A stretch of 64,000 nt of DNA, taken from Candidatus Nitrospinota bacterium M3_3B_026. GTDB taxonomy: Bacteria > Nitrospinota_A > UBA7883 > JBPRGF01. Position numbers and translations under genes: made by a program. Shown here in pieces: positions 36,714 to 46,077 of this stretch; the first letter of the stretch is position 1; every line of letters begins with the position of its first letter. The stretch is taken from assembly GCA_051418015.1 (NCBI GenBank), contig JBPRGF010000033.1, forward strand, positions 288,001-352,000, read 5' to 3'. Under the pieces are notes generated by a model. That model saw only the letters and a program-made list of their open reading frames with translations, was not told the origin of the DNA and made no database searches.

Positions 36714-36853
36714 CGCGCGCAAGTGTGTGAGGGGGGCGGCGGTCCAGCCCCGGCTTTCCCCGAGCCCCGGAGCATCTCTTCAGGCAACCCGCCGCCTCCT
36801 TCTTAAAAAACCCTTGCGGAACCCGCCGCGGATGGGACAAACTTGATGTCGAG

Positions 36854-38245
36854 ATGAAAGTCCTGTTCGTATACACCGACATCGACGTCAAGGGAGGCGC
36901 GCGCAGCTACCATTTCGGCGTGGCCGTCCTCTCCGCGACGTTGAAGCTGGCGGGCCACGAGACCGAGCTGCATTACATGTTCGACAAGTGGGACCCGGAT
37001 GGCTTCGAGGATCACGTGACGCGCTTCGCCCCGGATATCATAGCCTATACCACCGACTCTTCCCAAGTCCGCCACGTGGCGAAGCTCGTGGAGAGGATGA
37101 GGGGCCGGGGGATTTTCCAGATCGCGGGCGGCGTGCATCCTTCCCTTTATCCCAGGACGCTGGAGATGATCGACGGTCTCGACGCCATATGCGTCGGCGA
37201 GGGCGAGCGGGCCTTTTCGAGGCTTGTCGACGCCATGGAGAAGGGGGAGCCGCGCCACGACATCCCAAGCCTCTGGTTTAAACAGGACGGCCGCGTCATA
37301 ACGAACCCGCGCGGCGGGTTCGTGGACGACCTGGACTCCATCCCCTTCGGTGACCGGGAGATATTCAACTACCAGCAGGTGGTGGACTCCGACTACGACC
37401 GCGCCACCTTCATGATGTCCCGCGGCTGCCCTTACAAGTGCAGCTACTGCGGCGCTCCCGCGATGGGGGAGCTGAGCGACGGCAAATACGTCCGCTTCAG
37501 AAGCGTGGAGAACGGCATCGCGGAGATAAAGGAGGTCATCTCGCGCTACGATGTCAAACACATCTTCTTCGTGGACGACGTTTTCACCATAGACAGAAAA
37601 TACGTAAAGAAGTTCTGCGAGATGTACTCGAAGGAGATCGGCCTGCCGTTCGAGGTCACCACGCGGGTGGAAAGCTCGAATTACGAGACTTTCAAGAACC
37701 TCGCCGACGCTGGCTGCACGCGGGTGGCCATGGGGATAGAATCCGGCAGCGAAGAATTCCGCCGGAAGACTCTGAACCGGAAGATGACGAACAAGAAGAT
37801 CCTCGAGGCCTTCCGGGACGCGAAGAGGGCCGGGCTGAAGACGAAGTCCTACAACATCGTCGGCTTCCCCCACGAGACGGAAGAGCTTCACATGGAGACG
37901 GTGGAGCTGAACAGGAGGATAGAGCCGGACAGCCTGGTCTGTTACATATTCAACCCGTACCCCGGCACCTATCTTTACGACCTTTCGATCAAGGCCGGGT
38001 TCCTGCCGGCCGATTTCCTGGAGCAGGAGTTCATCTCCCGGACGGACACCCCTCTTGTCATGCCGGACTTTCCCCGCGAGAGGATACTGGACTGCTACAG
38101 AAACTTCGCCTACAACGTCTACAAGGAAAAGTCCAGAACCAAGGCGCTAATGTACAAGGCCTACTACTCCCGCCACGGCGAGAAGCTTATCAGGGTCTTC
38201 GACCATCTCAAGAAGCCGATCAGGAAACTGGCGATGGGCTCCTAG
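36854..38245 (+). CDS. Cobalamin-binding radical SAM protein
   Basis: N-terminal B12-binding domain (GGVHPS, GEGE); SRGCPYKCSYC (CX3CX2C); FVDDVF, GIESGS, IVGFP, PYPGT. Confidence 0.92.
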   Translation: MKVLFVYTDIDVKGGARSYHFGVAVLSATLKLAGHETELHYMFDKWDPDGFEDHVTRFAPDIIAYTTDSSQVRHVAKLVERMRGRGIFQIAGGVHPSLYPRTLEMIDGLDAICVGEGERAFSRLVDAMEKGEPRHDIPSLWFKQDGRVITNPRGGFVDDLDSIPFGDREIFNYQQVVDSDYDRATFMMSRGCPYKCSYCGAPAMGELSDGKYVRFRSVENGIAEIKEVISRYDVKHIFFVDDVFTIDRKYVKKFCEMYSKEIGLPFEVTTRVESSNYETFKNLADAGCTRVAMGIESGSEEFRRKTLNRKMTNKKILEAFRDAKRAGLKTKSYNIVGFPHETEELHMETVELNRRIEPDSLVCYIFNPYPGTYLYDLSIKAGFLPADFLEQEFISRTDTPLVMPDFPRERILDCYRNFAYNVYKEKSRTKALMYKAYYSRHGEKLIRVFDHLKKPIRKLAMGS

Positions 38246-38308
38246 GACGGCGCTTTGCCCTGACTCCCCCGTGATGGACGAAAATATCCGCCATAGCTGG
38301 AGCGGCGA

Positions 38309-39235
38309 ATGATCGCTGCGATCATCCCCTGGGTTCTGTTCACCCTCTTCGTCATAGCCGCGCTTTTCGTGGACCTTGTCTACTTCCACCGGGAAGACAA
38401 GGAGGTCTCGATAAAGAACTCGCTTTTCTTTACCGCCGTCTGGATAGCCGCGGCCCTGGTCTTTTGCGCCGGGATATACTTCGTTCGCGGCGGCGAGCCA
38501 GCGCTCCAGTTCCTCACCGGCTACCTGATAGAAAAATCACTGAGCGTGGACAACCTTTTCGTGTTCGTCCTGATATTCACCCATTTCGGCGTGCCGCCGA
38601 TCTTCCAGCACAAGGTGCTTTTCTGGGGGATTCTGGGGGCCATAGTCATGCGCCTGGTCTTCATCTTCGGCGGCATCGCGCTCATCAACACGTTCCACTG
38701 GGTGATATACGTCTTCGGGGCGTTCCTCGTCTTCACCGGCGGCAAGCTGGCCATGAGCAAGGCCGTGAAGATGGACCCCGAGAAGAGCATTGTCCTGAAG
38801 CTGTTCAGAAAGGTCATGCCGTTGGACCACAGCTTCCACGGCGGCTCGTTTTTCGTAAAGCATGGGGGAAGGACCTACGCCACTTCCCTTTTCGTGGCGC
38901 TTATTTTAATCGAGACCTCAGACGTGATCTTCGCTTTAGACTCCATCCCCGCCATCCTGGCCATAACGCTGGATCCGTTCATTGTCTACACGTCGAACAT
39001 ATTCGCCATACTGGGGCTGCGGTCGCTTTTCTTCGCGCTGGCGGGGGTGATGAAGATGTTCCGGTATTTACATTACGGGCTGTCGGTCATCCTCATCTTC
39101 CTTGGCGTCAAGATGCTGCTGTCCGATTTCTACCACATTCCGGCGACGCATTCGCTGATGTTCATCGCCGCCGTCCTGACCACGTTCGGTGTGGTGTCGG
39201 TGATGGCCCCTTCCAGGTCGAAGGAGAGGCGATAG
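38309..39235 (+). CDS. TerC/Alx-family membrane protein
   Basis: GYLIEKSLSVDNLFVF, QHKVLFWGILGA..MR, E.SDVIFALDSIPA, TSNIFAILGLRSL. Confidence 0.93.
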   Translation: MIAAIIPWVLFTLFVIAALFVDLVYFHREDKEVSIKNSLFFTAVWIAAALVFCAGIYFVRGGEPALQFLTGYLIEKSLSVDNLFVFVLIFTHFGVPPIFQHKVLFWGILGAIVMRLVFIFGGIALINTFHWVIYVFGAFLVFTGGKLAMSKAVKMDPEKSIVLKLFRKVMPLDHSFHGGSFFVKHGGRTYATSLFVALILIETSDVIFALDSIPAILAITLDPFIVYTSNIFAILGLRSLFFALAGVMKMFRYLHYGLSVILIFLGVKMLLSDFYHIPATHSLMFIAAVLTTFGVVSVMAPSRSKERR

Positions 39236-39250
39236 GGGCAGGGGGCTCCT

Positions 39251-39958
39251 TCAGGCGCTGGCCGGTTTGCCCTTGTGGCCGTGCGCTCCCAGCAGAGGCA
39301 CGAACGAGCAGCTCTCCTTCCTCGCGATCAGGAACCTGTTGCCCTCCCTGCGGACGAGAAGCATCTTCTGGTCCGCCCCGCGGCCCGTGGGGATCACCAT
39401 CCGCCCCCCGTCGGCAAGCTGCCGGGCCAGCGGCTCGGGGATGGAAGGCGCCCCGGCGGTGACGATTATGACATCGTAAGGGGCGTTCTTCACCGCGCCA
39501 CGCGTCCCGTCCCCCACGAGGCAGACGACGTTGCTCACGTGAATGCTGTTGAGAATCTTCCTTGCGCGGTTGGAAAGGGAGTTTATCCGTTCGACGGTGT
39601 AGACCCGCTCGGCAAGCCGGGAGAGGATGGCCGTCTGGTACCCGGAGCCTGTGCCTATCTCCAGGACTTTTTCGCTTCCCGATAACGCCGCGAGCTGGGT
39701 CATCAGCGCCACGGTGTAAGGCTTGCTTATGGTCTGGCCGTCGCCTATCGGCGCGGCGTAGTCGTCGTAGGCCCTGCCTGCGAGGGCGGGGTCCACGAAA
39801 AGATGGCGGGGTATGCGCGACATGGCGCCGAGAACCTTTTCGTCACTTATTCCCCGGGCGGCGAGGGCCTCCACCATCCTGCGTCTTTTCGTCTCGTATG
39901 TGTCGAAGCCGTTGTGCTTTGTCATCCTCGCTTGTGCTGTTTGCAGGGTTTCAGACAA
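39251..39958 (-). CDS. pcm: Protein-L-isoaspartate O-methyltransferase
   Basis: PRHLFV, GQTISKP, VLEIGTGSGYQ, APYD.IIVTA, FVPL; start may be ATG at 39925. Confidence 0.95.
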   Translation of the reverse strand: MSETLQTAQARMTKHNGFDTYETKRRRMVEALAARGISDEKVLGAMSRIPRHLFVDPALAGRAYDDYAAPIGDGQTISKPYTVALMTQLAALSGSEKVLEIGTGSGYQTAILSRLAERVYTVERINSLSNRARKILNSIHVSNVVCLVGDGTRGAVKNAPYDVIIVTAGAPSIPEPLARQLADGGRMVIPTGRGADQKMLLVRREGNRFLIARKESCSFVPLLGAHGHKGKPASA

Positions 39959-40017
39959 TTCTGGCTGGTCTGCGCGGTCTTTACAACACCAATTTCCAAG
40001 GCTGGTAAAATAGGCGC

Positions 40018-40629
40018 ATGACTGAAAAACTTTCAGGAAAACTCGCGGGTGGTCTCATCGGCAAGTTCCGGGAAAACGCCGCCCAGACGGAGGATGAGAT
40101 ACTGCGGAAAAACTGGCGCTCCATCGCCTGCATGACGTGCGGCGCCTGTTGCTGCTCGGACGTGATCCCCATAATGTGGGACGATTTCGAGAGGTTCCAC
40201 AAGAGGCTGGGGGAGGCGATAGGCGAAAGGGAGTTCGCGGCGCTTTTCCTGAAAGACCCCGACACTGCCGCCCCAGCCCATTCAATAGAGGTATCGCGCT
40301 ACGGCGGCAGGTGTATGTTCCTTTCCAAGGGCGCTTTTTTTGAATGCGCCGTATGGGAGAAAAGGCCGAGGGTCTGCGCGGGGTTCTACTGCCTGGAGAT
40401 GACGAACTTCGAGAAATGGGAAAAGGGAGAGGAGCAGGACTCCTTCGATAAAAGCGCGGAGTGGGGCGAAAGCTTCGCGAGTCTGCTGTACAAGGTTGTC
40501 GCGGAGTCGCCCTTGAGCTTTTTCGCCTCCGACATGGCGCGCTACCTGCGGCTGTCAGGAAGGGAGGACGCTCCTAGCTTCTACGAGACCGCGCGGGAGC
40601 TTTTCGAAAAAGGGGAGGGCGCGGCGTAG
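40018..40629 (+). CDS. YkgJ-family cysteine-cluster (CxxCxxCC) protein
   Basis: CMTCGACC...CMFL...CAVWEKRPRVC..FYC. Confidence 0.8.
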   Translation: MTEKLSGKLAGGLIGKFRENAAQTEDEILRKNWRSIACMTCGACCCSDVIPIMWDDFERFHKRLGEAIGEREFAALFLKDPDTAAPAHSIEVSRYGGRCMFLSKGAFFECAVWEKRPRVCAGFYCLEMTNFEKWEKGEEQDSFDKSAEWGESFASLLYKVVAESPLSFFASDMARYLRLSGREDAPSFYETARELFEKGEGAA

Positions 40630-40677
40630 GATTTCACCGCTGTCGACATTGGGCGTGAAAATTCTCATAATAGACCG

Positions 40678-41952
40678 ATGAAGCGCAAGGTATCTATCGA
40701 GACTCTGGGGTGCCGTTACAACAGGCTGGAGAGCGCCGAGATGGCCTACGAGCTTGAGCGGGCGGGTTTTGCGCCTGCTGAACGGGGGGAGCGGGCGGAC
40801 ATTGTGGTGGTGAACACCTGCACCGTCACGGCGAAAAGCGACGCCAAGTGCAGGAACGCCATCCGCCGGGCCAGGGCCGAAAACCCGGAGGCCACCCTCG
40901 TCGTCACTGGCTGCTACTCGGAGACAGCCCCCAACGCCGTCGCCGCCATCGGCGGTGTCGATATCGTGCTTGGCTCGGGGAAAAAGCTGGACATAGCGGC
41001 CGCGCTGGACGGGCTGGACAAGGCCGGCCCGTCCGCGCCACGAGACCTGGAGATACGCCCCGTGACGCGGATGGAGGGGCGCACCAACGCCTATCTCAAA
41101 GTGCAGGCGGGCTGCGGGGAGGTCTGCTCCTTCTGCGTGATAAGGCTTGCAAGGGGCGAAAGCCGCAGCGCGAGGACGGACAACATCGTTGAGCAGGTAA
41201 GACGGCTTTCCGGCGCGGGGGTGAAGGAGGTAGTGCTCACCGGCATAAACCTGGGCGAATACGGAAAAAACCGCGGCGAGACTCTTGCCGGCCTGGTGGA
41301 GGGGATACTTTTAGAGACGGACATGCCGAGAATCCGTTTCTCCAGCATAAACCCGACGGATATAGACGACAGGCTGATAGGGCTGATAGCCGAGTCGCCA
41401 AGGGTTCTCAGGAGCCTTCACATCCCCCTCCAAAGCGGATCGGACTCCGTCCTGCGGCGGATGCGCAGGCCCTACGATGGCGCCATGTACGAGGAGCTTC
41501 TGGGCAGGATAGCCACCCGCGTTCCGGAGATCGGCCTGGCCGCGGATGTCCTTGTCGGCTTCCCCGGCGAGACGGACGAGGAGTTTTCGGAGACCTTCGA
41601 GCTTGTCCGGCGCTCTCCGCTGGCGGCCCTGCACGTCTTCACCTATTCGCCGCGAAAAGGGACCGAGGCTTACGGAATGGGCGACACCGTGCCGAAGGCC
41701 GTGAAAAAGCAACGGTCGCTTGCCCTGAAGGCGCTGGCGCGGGAGAAGGGCGCCGCTGTCCGCCGGGGCATGGTTGGCGGTGTGTATGACGTACTGGTGG
41801 AGAACAGCCGCGGCGCCGACGGTCTCCTGAAAGGTTTTACGGACAACTACCATCCCGTCCGCCTTCCAGGGCCGGACGGATTGATGAACGAGATAGTGTC
41901 CGTGAGGATCACCGGCTCCGCTGGCGATCACCTGGCAGGCGAGGCCGCCTGA
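40678..41952 (+). CDS. mtaB: tRNA ms2t6A37 methylthiotransferase MtaB
   Basis: TLGCRYN, NTCTVT, VTGCY, CGEVCSFC...ARG.SRS, LTGINLG, HVFTYS.R.GT, TRAM-like C-terminus. Confidence 0.9.
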   Translation: MKRKVSIETLGCRYNRLESAEMAYELERAGFAPAERGERADIVVVNTCTVTAKSDAKCRNAIRRARAENPEATLVVTGCYSETAPNAVAAIGGVDIVLGSGKKLDIAAALDGLDKAGPSAPRDLEIRPVTRMEGRTNAYLKVQAGCGEVCSFCVIRLARGESRSARTDNIVEQVRRLSGAGVKEVVLTGINLGEYGKNRGETLAGLVEGILLETDMPRIRFSSINPTDIDDRLIGLIAESPRVLRSLHIPLQSGSDSVLRRMRRPYDGAMYEELLGRIATRVPEIGLAADVLVGFPGETDEEFSETFELVRRSPLAALHVFTYSPRKGTEAYGMGDTVPKAVKKQRSLALKALAREKGAAVRRGMVGGVYDVLVENSRGADGLLKGFTDNYHPVRLPGPDGLMNEIVSVRITGSAGDHLAGEAA

Positions 41953-41962
41953 GCCTGCGAAG

Positions 41963-42763
41963 ATGCCTATCGTCACCTTCACAACCGATTTCGGGACGTC
42001 GGACCCTTTCGTGGGGATAATGAAGGGCGTGGCCCTCGGCGTGGAGCCCTCCATGACCTGCGTGGACATCACCCACGAGATATCGCCCCAGAACATACGG
42101 CAGGCGGCCTACGTCATCTCATCGGCGGTCGCTTTTTTCCCGAAGGGCTCCATTCATCTGGCCGTGGTGGACCCTGGCGTCGGCTCGGAGCGCAGGCCGA
42201 TCGTCTTCGAGGCGGGGGGGCATTACTTCACCGGACCGGACAACGGGATTTTCACCGAGATAATCAAAAGGCTCCATCCCGCCGCCGTGTACGAGATAAT
42301 AAACCCCGATTACATGCTCTCCCCCGTCTCCGGCACTTTCCACGGACGGGACATCTTCGCCCCCGCGGCAGGATGGCTGGCCCGCGGCGCGCCGCCTTCG
42401 TCTTTCGGGCCGATAACCCCGGAGCCGGTGATCCTCGACCTGCCGGAGCCGGTGAGGTCGGCTCCGAACATGATAGAAGGCGAAGTGATCCACGTGGACC
42501 ACTTCGGCAACGCCATAACGAATATTACCCGAACGCTGGTTGAGAAAATCCAGAAAGAGCTGGACACGACGACCATGGAGATACAGGTCAACGGACAGGT
42601 CGTGGAAAGCCTGGCCGCGTGCTACAGCGCTGCCGAAAGAGAAAGGGGGCTGTCGGCGGTTTTCGGAAGTTGGGACACCATCGAGCTTTTTGTCATGAAC
42701 CAGAACGCGGCGCATATCTACAACATCTCCGTCGGCGACAGTGTGGAAACGCGTTTTTACTAG
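41963..42763 (+). CDS. SAM hydroxide adenosyltransferase / chlorinase-fluorinase family (DUF62)
   Basis: TTDFG, DITH, VVDPGVGSER, GPDNG, STFHGRDIFAP-type motif, DHFGN. Confidence 0.92.
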   Translation: MPIVTFTTDFGTSDPFVGIMKGVALGVEPSMTCVDITHEISPQNIRQAAYVISSAVAFFPKGSIHLAVVDPGVGSERRPIVFEAGGHYFTGPDNGIFTEIIKRLHPAAVYEIINPDYMLSPVSGTFHGRDIFAPAAGWLARGAPPSSFGPITPEPVILDLPEPVRSAPNMIEGEVIHVDHFGNAITNITRTLVEKIQKELDTTTMEIQVNGQVVESLAACYSAAERERGLSAVFGSWDTIELFVMNQNAAHIYNISVGDSVETRFY

Positions 42764-43985
42764 CCTTTTCGCCCTCGCCGCGATATTTCTGGCGGGGTGC
42801 GAGGTGTGGCGCGCCTTCCTGGAAAAACCACCGTCCCACCCTCTGGTGAAGGTAGAAGGATTTGACGGCTTCCTGGACGACGACATGGACGCCGCCTCGC
42901 TCCGGATCGCCGCCGAAAGGTCGATAGAGCGCCTGTCCAGGCTTGACCCTGAAACCGTCTTCGACTTCGGCGGGCGCAAGGCCGGACCGGATGCGCTTGC
43001 GGCGTCGTTGAGGCGGCTCGTTGAGATTTTCGAGGAGACGGACGACCCGGCGGAGCGCTCCCGGTTGATAAGGCGCGATTTTGACGTGTACAGGGGAACC
43101 GGCCGGACGGACGGGGGGAACGTCCTCGTGACAGGTTATTTCCAGCCCGTCATAGCCGCCCGCAGAGAGCAGGACGGCAGGTTTCGCTGGCCCGTGTACC
43201 GGCGGCCGAACGACCTTATCACGGCCGACCTCGGCCTTTTTTCCGGCGACCTGCAGGGGCGGCGCATAACCGGCAGGGTGGAGGATGGGAAGCTCGTCCC
43301 CTACTTCGACAGGGAGGCGATAGACCAGGAAGGCGCGCTCTCCGGCAGGGGGCTTGAGGTCGTCTGGGCCGACGATCCCGTCGACGTCTTTTTCCTCCAG
43401 ATCCAGGGCTCCGGGATAGCCCGTCTCGAGAACGGGGAAGAGATATTCCTGAACTATGCCGCCTCCAACGGGCATGATTACCGATCCATCGGGAAGCTCC
43501 TGATTGAAAAAGGCGAGATATCGCGCGAGGCGATGTCTCTTGACGCCATAAGGCGCTGGCTGGAGGAGAACCCTTCGATGGCATGGGATATTCTCTACTC
43601 CAATCCCAGCTACGTATTTTTCAGGGAGATGGCCGACGGCCCTTTCGGCGCGACGGGCGTGAAGCTCGTGTCGGGAAGGAGCGCCGCGTTCGACAAGTCC
43701 CTCTTTCCCCCGCATGCTCTGGCGAGCGTATCGGTACAGGCGCCGGTCGTGGAAAACGGGGCCGTGGCGGGCTGGCGGATGGCGAGGCGGTTCGTTATCA
43801 ACCACGACACCGGCGGGGCCATAAAGGGGCCGGGGCGGATGGACCTTTTCTTCGGCGCGGGCGGGGATGCTGGAACGGCTGCGGGGGTTATGAAGCATCC
43901 GGGGGAGCTTTATTTCATCCTTCTGAAGCCGGAGGCGTTGGCCCGGATGGAGGGCCACCGGCATATGGTAAAATCTGAAAGATAA
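42741..43985 (+). CDS. mltA: Membrane-bound lytic murein transglycosylase A
   Basis: Lipobox LAGC; TGYFQP, FFLQIQGSG, NPSYVFF, DTGGAIKG..R.DLFFG.G. Confidence 0.93.
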   Translation: MWKRVFTSLFALAAIFLAGCEVWRAFLEKPPSHPLVKVEGFDGFLDDDMDAASLRIAAERSIERLSRLDPETVFDFGGRKAGPDALAASLRRLVEIFEETDDPAERSRLIRRDFDVYRGTGRTDGGNVLVTGYFQPVIAARREQDGRFRWPVYRRPNDLITADLGLFSGDLQGRRITGRVEDGKLVPYFDREAIDQEGALSGRGLEVVWADDPVDVFFLQIQGSGIARLENGEEIFLNYAASNGHDYRSIGKLLIEKGEISREAMSLDAIRRWLEENPSMAWDILYSNPSYVFFREMADGPFGATGVKLVSGRSAAFDKSLFPPHALASVSVQAPVVENGAVAGWRMARRFVINHDTGGAIKGPGRMDLFFGAGGDAGTAAGVMKHPGELYFILLKPEALARMEGHRHMVKSER

Positions 43986-44266
43986 TGGTCGTAGGCGTTT
44001 TGAGAGTACATCTGGCGTTGCGCGGCAACCGCTCCCTGAAAGGCAAGAGGCAGGTTGTCCGAAGCATCAAGGATCGGGTAAAAAGCCGGTTCAACGTCTC
44101 CATAGCGGAGGTCGACGGGCATGACGCCCACCAGCGCGCTCTTTTGGGAATAAGCGTGGTGGCCGTCGACGCGCCCCACGCCGACAGCCAGCTCCAGCAG
44201 GCTCTGCGCCTCGTCGCGGAGAGGGCCGAGGTCCTCAGCGCCGACATGGAGCTTTTCAACAGCTGA
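43985..44266 (+). CDS. DUF503 (YlxP-like) protein
   Basis: MVVG...SLKGKRQVV.SIK..V..RFNVSIAEV; usual position before rbfA. Confidence 0.9.
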   Translation: MVVGVLRVHLALRGNRSLKGKRQVVRSIKDRVKSRFNVSIAEVDGHDAHQRALLGISVVAVDAPHADSQLQQALRLVAERAEVLSADMELFNS

Positions 44267-44326
44267 GGCGTCCGGTTTTTCACCGTCAGCGCGCAAGAGC
44301 GGCGCGGCTCATTTTCGGAGGGGATC

Positions 44327-44716
44327 ATGCGAAAAAGCTTCCACCGGGCCGACAGGGTCTCCGAGGAGATCATGAAGGAGGTCTCGAACATAATCCGCGA
44401 CGACATGAAAGACCCGCGCCTGGGGATGGTCTCCATCACCAGGGTGGAGCTTTCCCGGGATCTGCGCCACGCCAAGGTGTTCATATCCGTCCTCGGCTCC
44501 GGGGAGGAGCGGGACTCGTCCATGAGCGTCCTGCGCAACGGGACGGGTTTTATACGAAAGCTTATCGGCAGGCGAATGAGGCTCAAGGCGCCGCCGGAGC
44601 TGATATTCAAGGCCGATGACTCCATAGAGCGCAGCGCGAGGATAAACGAGATACTCAAAAAAGTCGGCGCGGACGAGCCGCCCGCAAAAGACGCGGAAGA
44701 GGACGAGGACTCGTGA
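44327..44716 (+). CDS. rbfA: Ribosome-binding factor A
   Basis: RADRV.E, KDPRL, ITRVELSRDLRHAKVF, PELIF..D.S. Confidence 0.96.
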   Translation: MRKSFHRADRVSEEIMKEVSNIIRDDMKDPRLGMVSITRVELSRDLRHAKVFISVLGSGEERDSSMSVLRNGTGFIRKLIGRRMRLKAPPELIFKADDSIERSARINEILKKVGADEPPAKDAEEDEDS

Positions 44717-44810
44717 CCTGCGCGTTTTTCGGATTAAAGCTTCCATCGGGCGGCCCGATGCTATACAATCCTTCCCTTTCCTTTTTGAGGTGGTGTCGCG
44801 GGAAAAATCG

Positions 44811-44897
44811 GGATGCTTCACTTCGTTCAGCATGACATCGCAAGGCGCGTTGGCGCTGGCCGCGCGTTGTCATTCTGAGGCGGAGCCGAAGAATCCC
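44811..44897. repeat. Pair of TGTC-tagged REP-like palindromes (tags facing inward)
   Basis: GGATGCTTCACTTCGTTCAGCATGACA (44811-44837) and TGTCATTCTGAGGCGGAGCCGAAGAATCCC (44868-44897). Confidence 0.8.
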
Positions 44898-44951
44898 GGT
44901 CGATTGTTTTTGCGATATCCCGTTTAACGTCTATATTCAAGATTGAGGCCC

Positions 44952-45863
44952 ATGGAAGGATTTTTGAACGTAAACAAGCCGGATGGGATTACCTCCGCCG
45001 AGGTCATCCGCGAGATAAAAAGAGCCATAAGGCCCGGCAAGATCGGCTACCTCGGCACGCTGGACCCCATCGCGACGGGGGTGCTGCCGGTCGGCCTTGG
45101 CAGGGCCACGAGGCTGTTCCATTTCATGGAGGGGCAGGATAAAGAGTATGACGTCGTAATGACACTCGGCGCTTCCACGGATACGCAGGACAGAACGGGC
45201 CGGGTGACCGAGGAGGCGGACCCTTCCGCCGTCACGGCGGATATGGTGAAGGAGGTCATGTCCGGCTTTGTGGGCGAGATAGAGCAGATCCCCCCCATGT
45301 TCTCCGCCAAGAAGATAGGAGGCGAGAGGCTTTACGACCTTGCCCGGCAGGGGATAGAGGTGGAGCGCGAGCCGATAAAAGCCACCATCTACAGGATGGA
45401 GTTCGAGGGCAAGGAGGGGCCGAACGTCCGTTTCAGGGTGAGGCTCTCCACGGGGGCCTACGTCCGCACCCTGTGCCACGACATGGGCGAGCGGCTGGGC
45501 GTTCACGCCCATATGGCGGAGCTTGTCAGGACGCGCTCGGGAGGATTCAGGATAGAGGGTTCAATCCCCCTCGACGATATCACGAGAGAGAACATCGACA
45601 AGGTTAAGGCCAGCCTCATCCCCCTGGCGGAGGGTCTTTCCCACCTTTCGCGGGCCGTCATCATCCCCCACGCCGCGGAGAGGCTGAAAAACGGGATGTC
45701 CATCGGCGTGGCGGATGTTATCGACTTCGACAGGGCGGAGGGGACGGACCTGGTCCGCGTCGTCGGCAAGGACGGCGCGCTCCTTGCCGTGGGGGCCATG
45801 GAAGGGCCGCCGCTCGCCGGGTTTCCCTTCTCGCTGATCAAGCCGAAAAGGGTCCTGGCGTAA
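44952..45863 (+). CDS. truB: tRNA pseudouridine-55 synthase
   Basis: NKPDGITS, GTLDPIATGVL, TDTQD.TG, QIPPMFSAKK..G.RLY..AR, GAYVRTL..D.G. Confidence 0.96.
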   Translation: MEGFLNVNKPDGITSAEVIREIKRAIRPGKIGYLGTLDPIATGVLPVGLGRATRLFHFMEGQDKEYDVVMTLGASTDTQDRTGRVTEEADPSAVTADMVKEVMSGFVGEIEQIPPMFSAKKIGGERLYDLARQGIEVEREPIKATIYRMEFEGKEGPNVRFRVRLSTGAYVRTLCHDMGERLGVHAHMAELVRTRSGGFRIEGSIPLDDITRENIDKVKASLIPLAEGLSHLSRAVIIPHAAERLKNGMSIGVADVIDFDRAEGTDLVRVVGKDGALLAVGAMEGPPLAGFPFSLIKPKRVLA

Positions 45864-45934
45864 GACATGGGCCGCCGCGTCGTCGTAAGGATTGCCTCCC
45901 CGACGCTGACAACCTCAAAAATCCTCTCGCCTGT

Positions 45935-46059
45935 TGTCATTCTGAGGCGAAGCCGAAGAATCCCGCTGGGCTCGATATGGGGCGCACGGGATGCTTCGCT
46001 GGCGCTCAGCATGACATCGGCGGTTGCGCGTGAGGCCCTGAAACGAATTCAGGACGACA
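45935..46059. repeat. Cluster of TGTC-tagged REP-like palindromes (inverted pair plus a degenerate third unit)
   Basis: TGTCATTCTGAGGCGAAGCCGAAGAATCCC (45935-45964), GGGATGCTTCGCTGGCGCTCAGCATGACA (45988-46016), GGCCCTGAAACGAATTCAGGACGACA (46034-46059). Confidence 0.8.
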
Positions 46060-46077
46060 GAGCCGGGATCGAAGCCG

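Noticed and set aside
25830..38245. Copper locus as a mobile genomic island
   Set aside because: No transposase, integrase, tRNA or flanking repeats, and composition looks like the rest of the window by eye.
38246..38308. yybP-ykoY Mn riboswitch expected ahead of terC/alx
   Set aside because: The gap is only 63 nt and I could not see the conserved elements.
41963..42763. Fluorinase/chlorinase implying halometabolite synthesis
   Set aside because: Housekeeping context and DUF62-type motifs favour the widespread SAM hydrolase.
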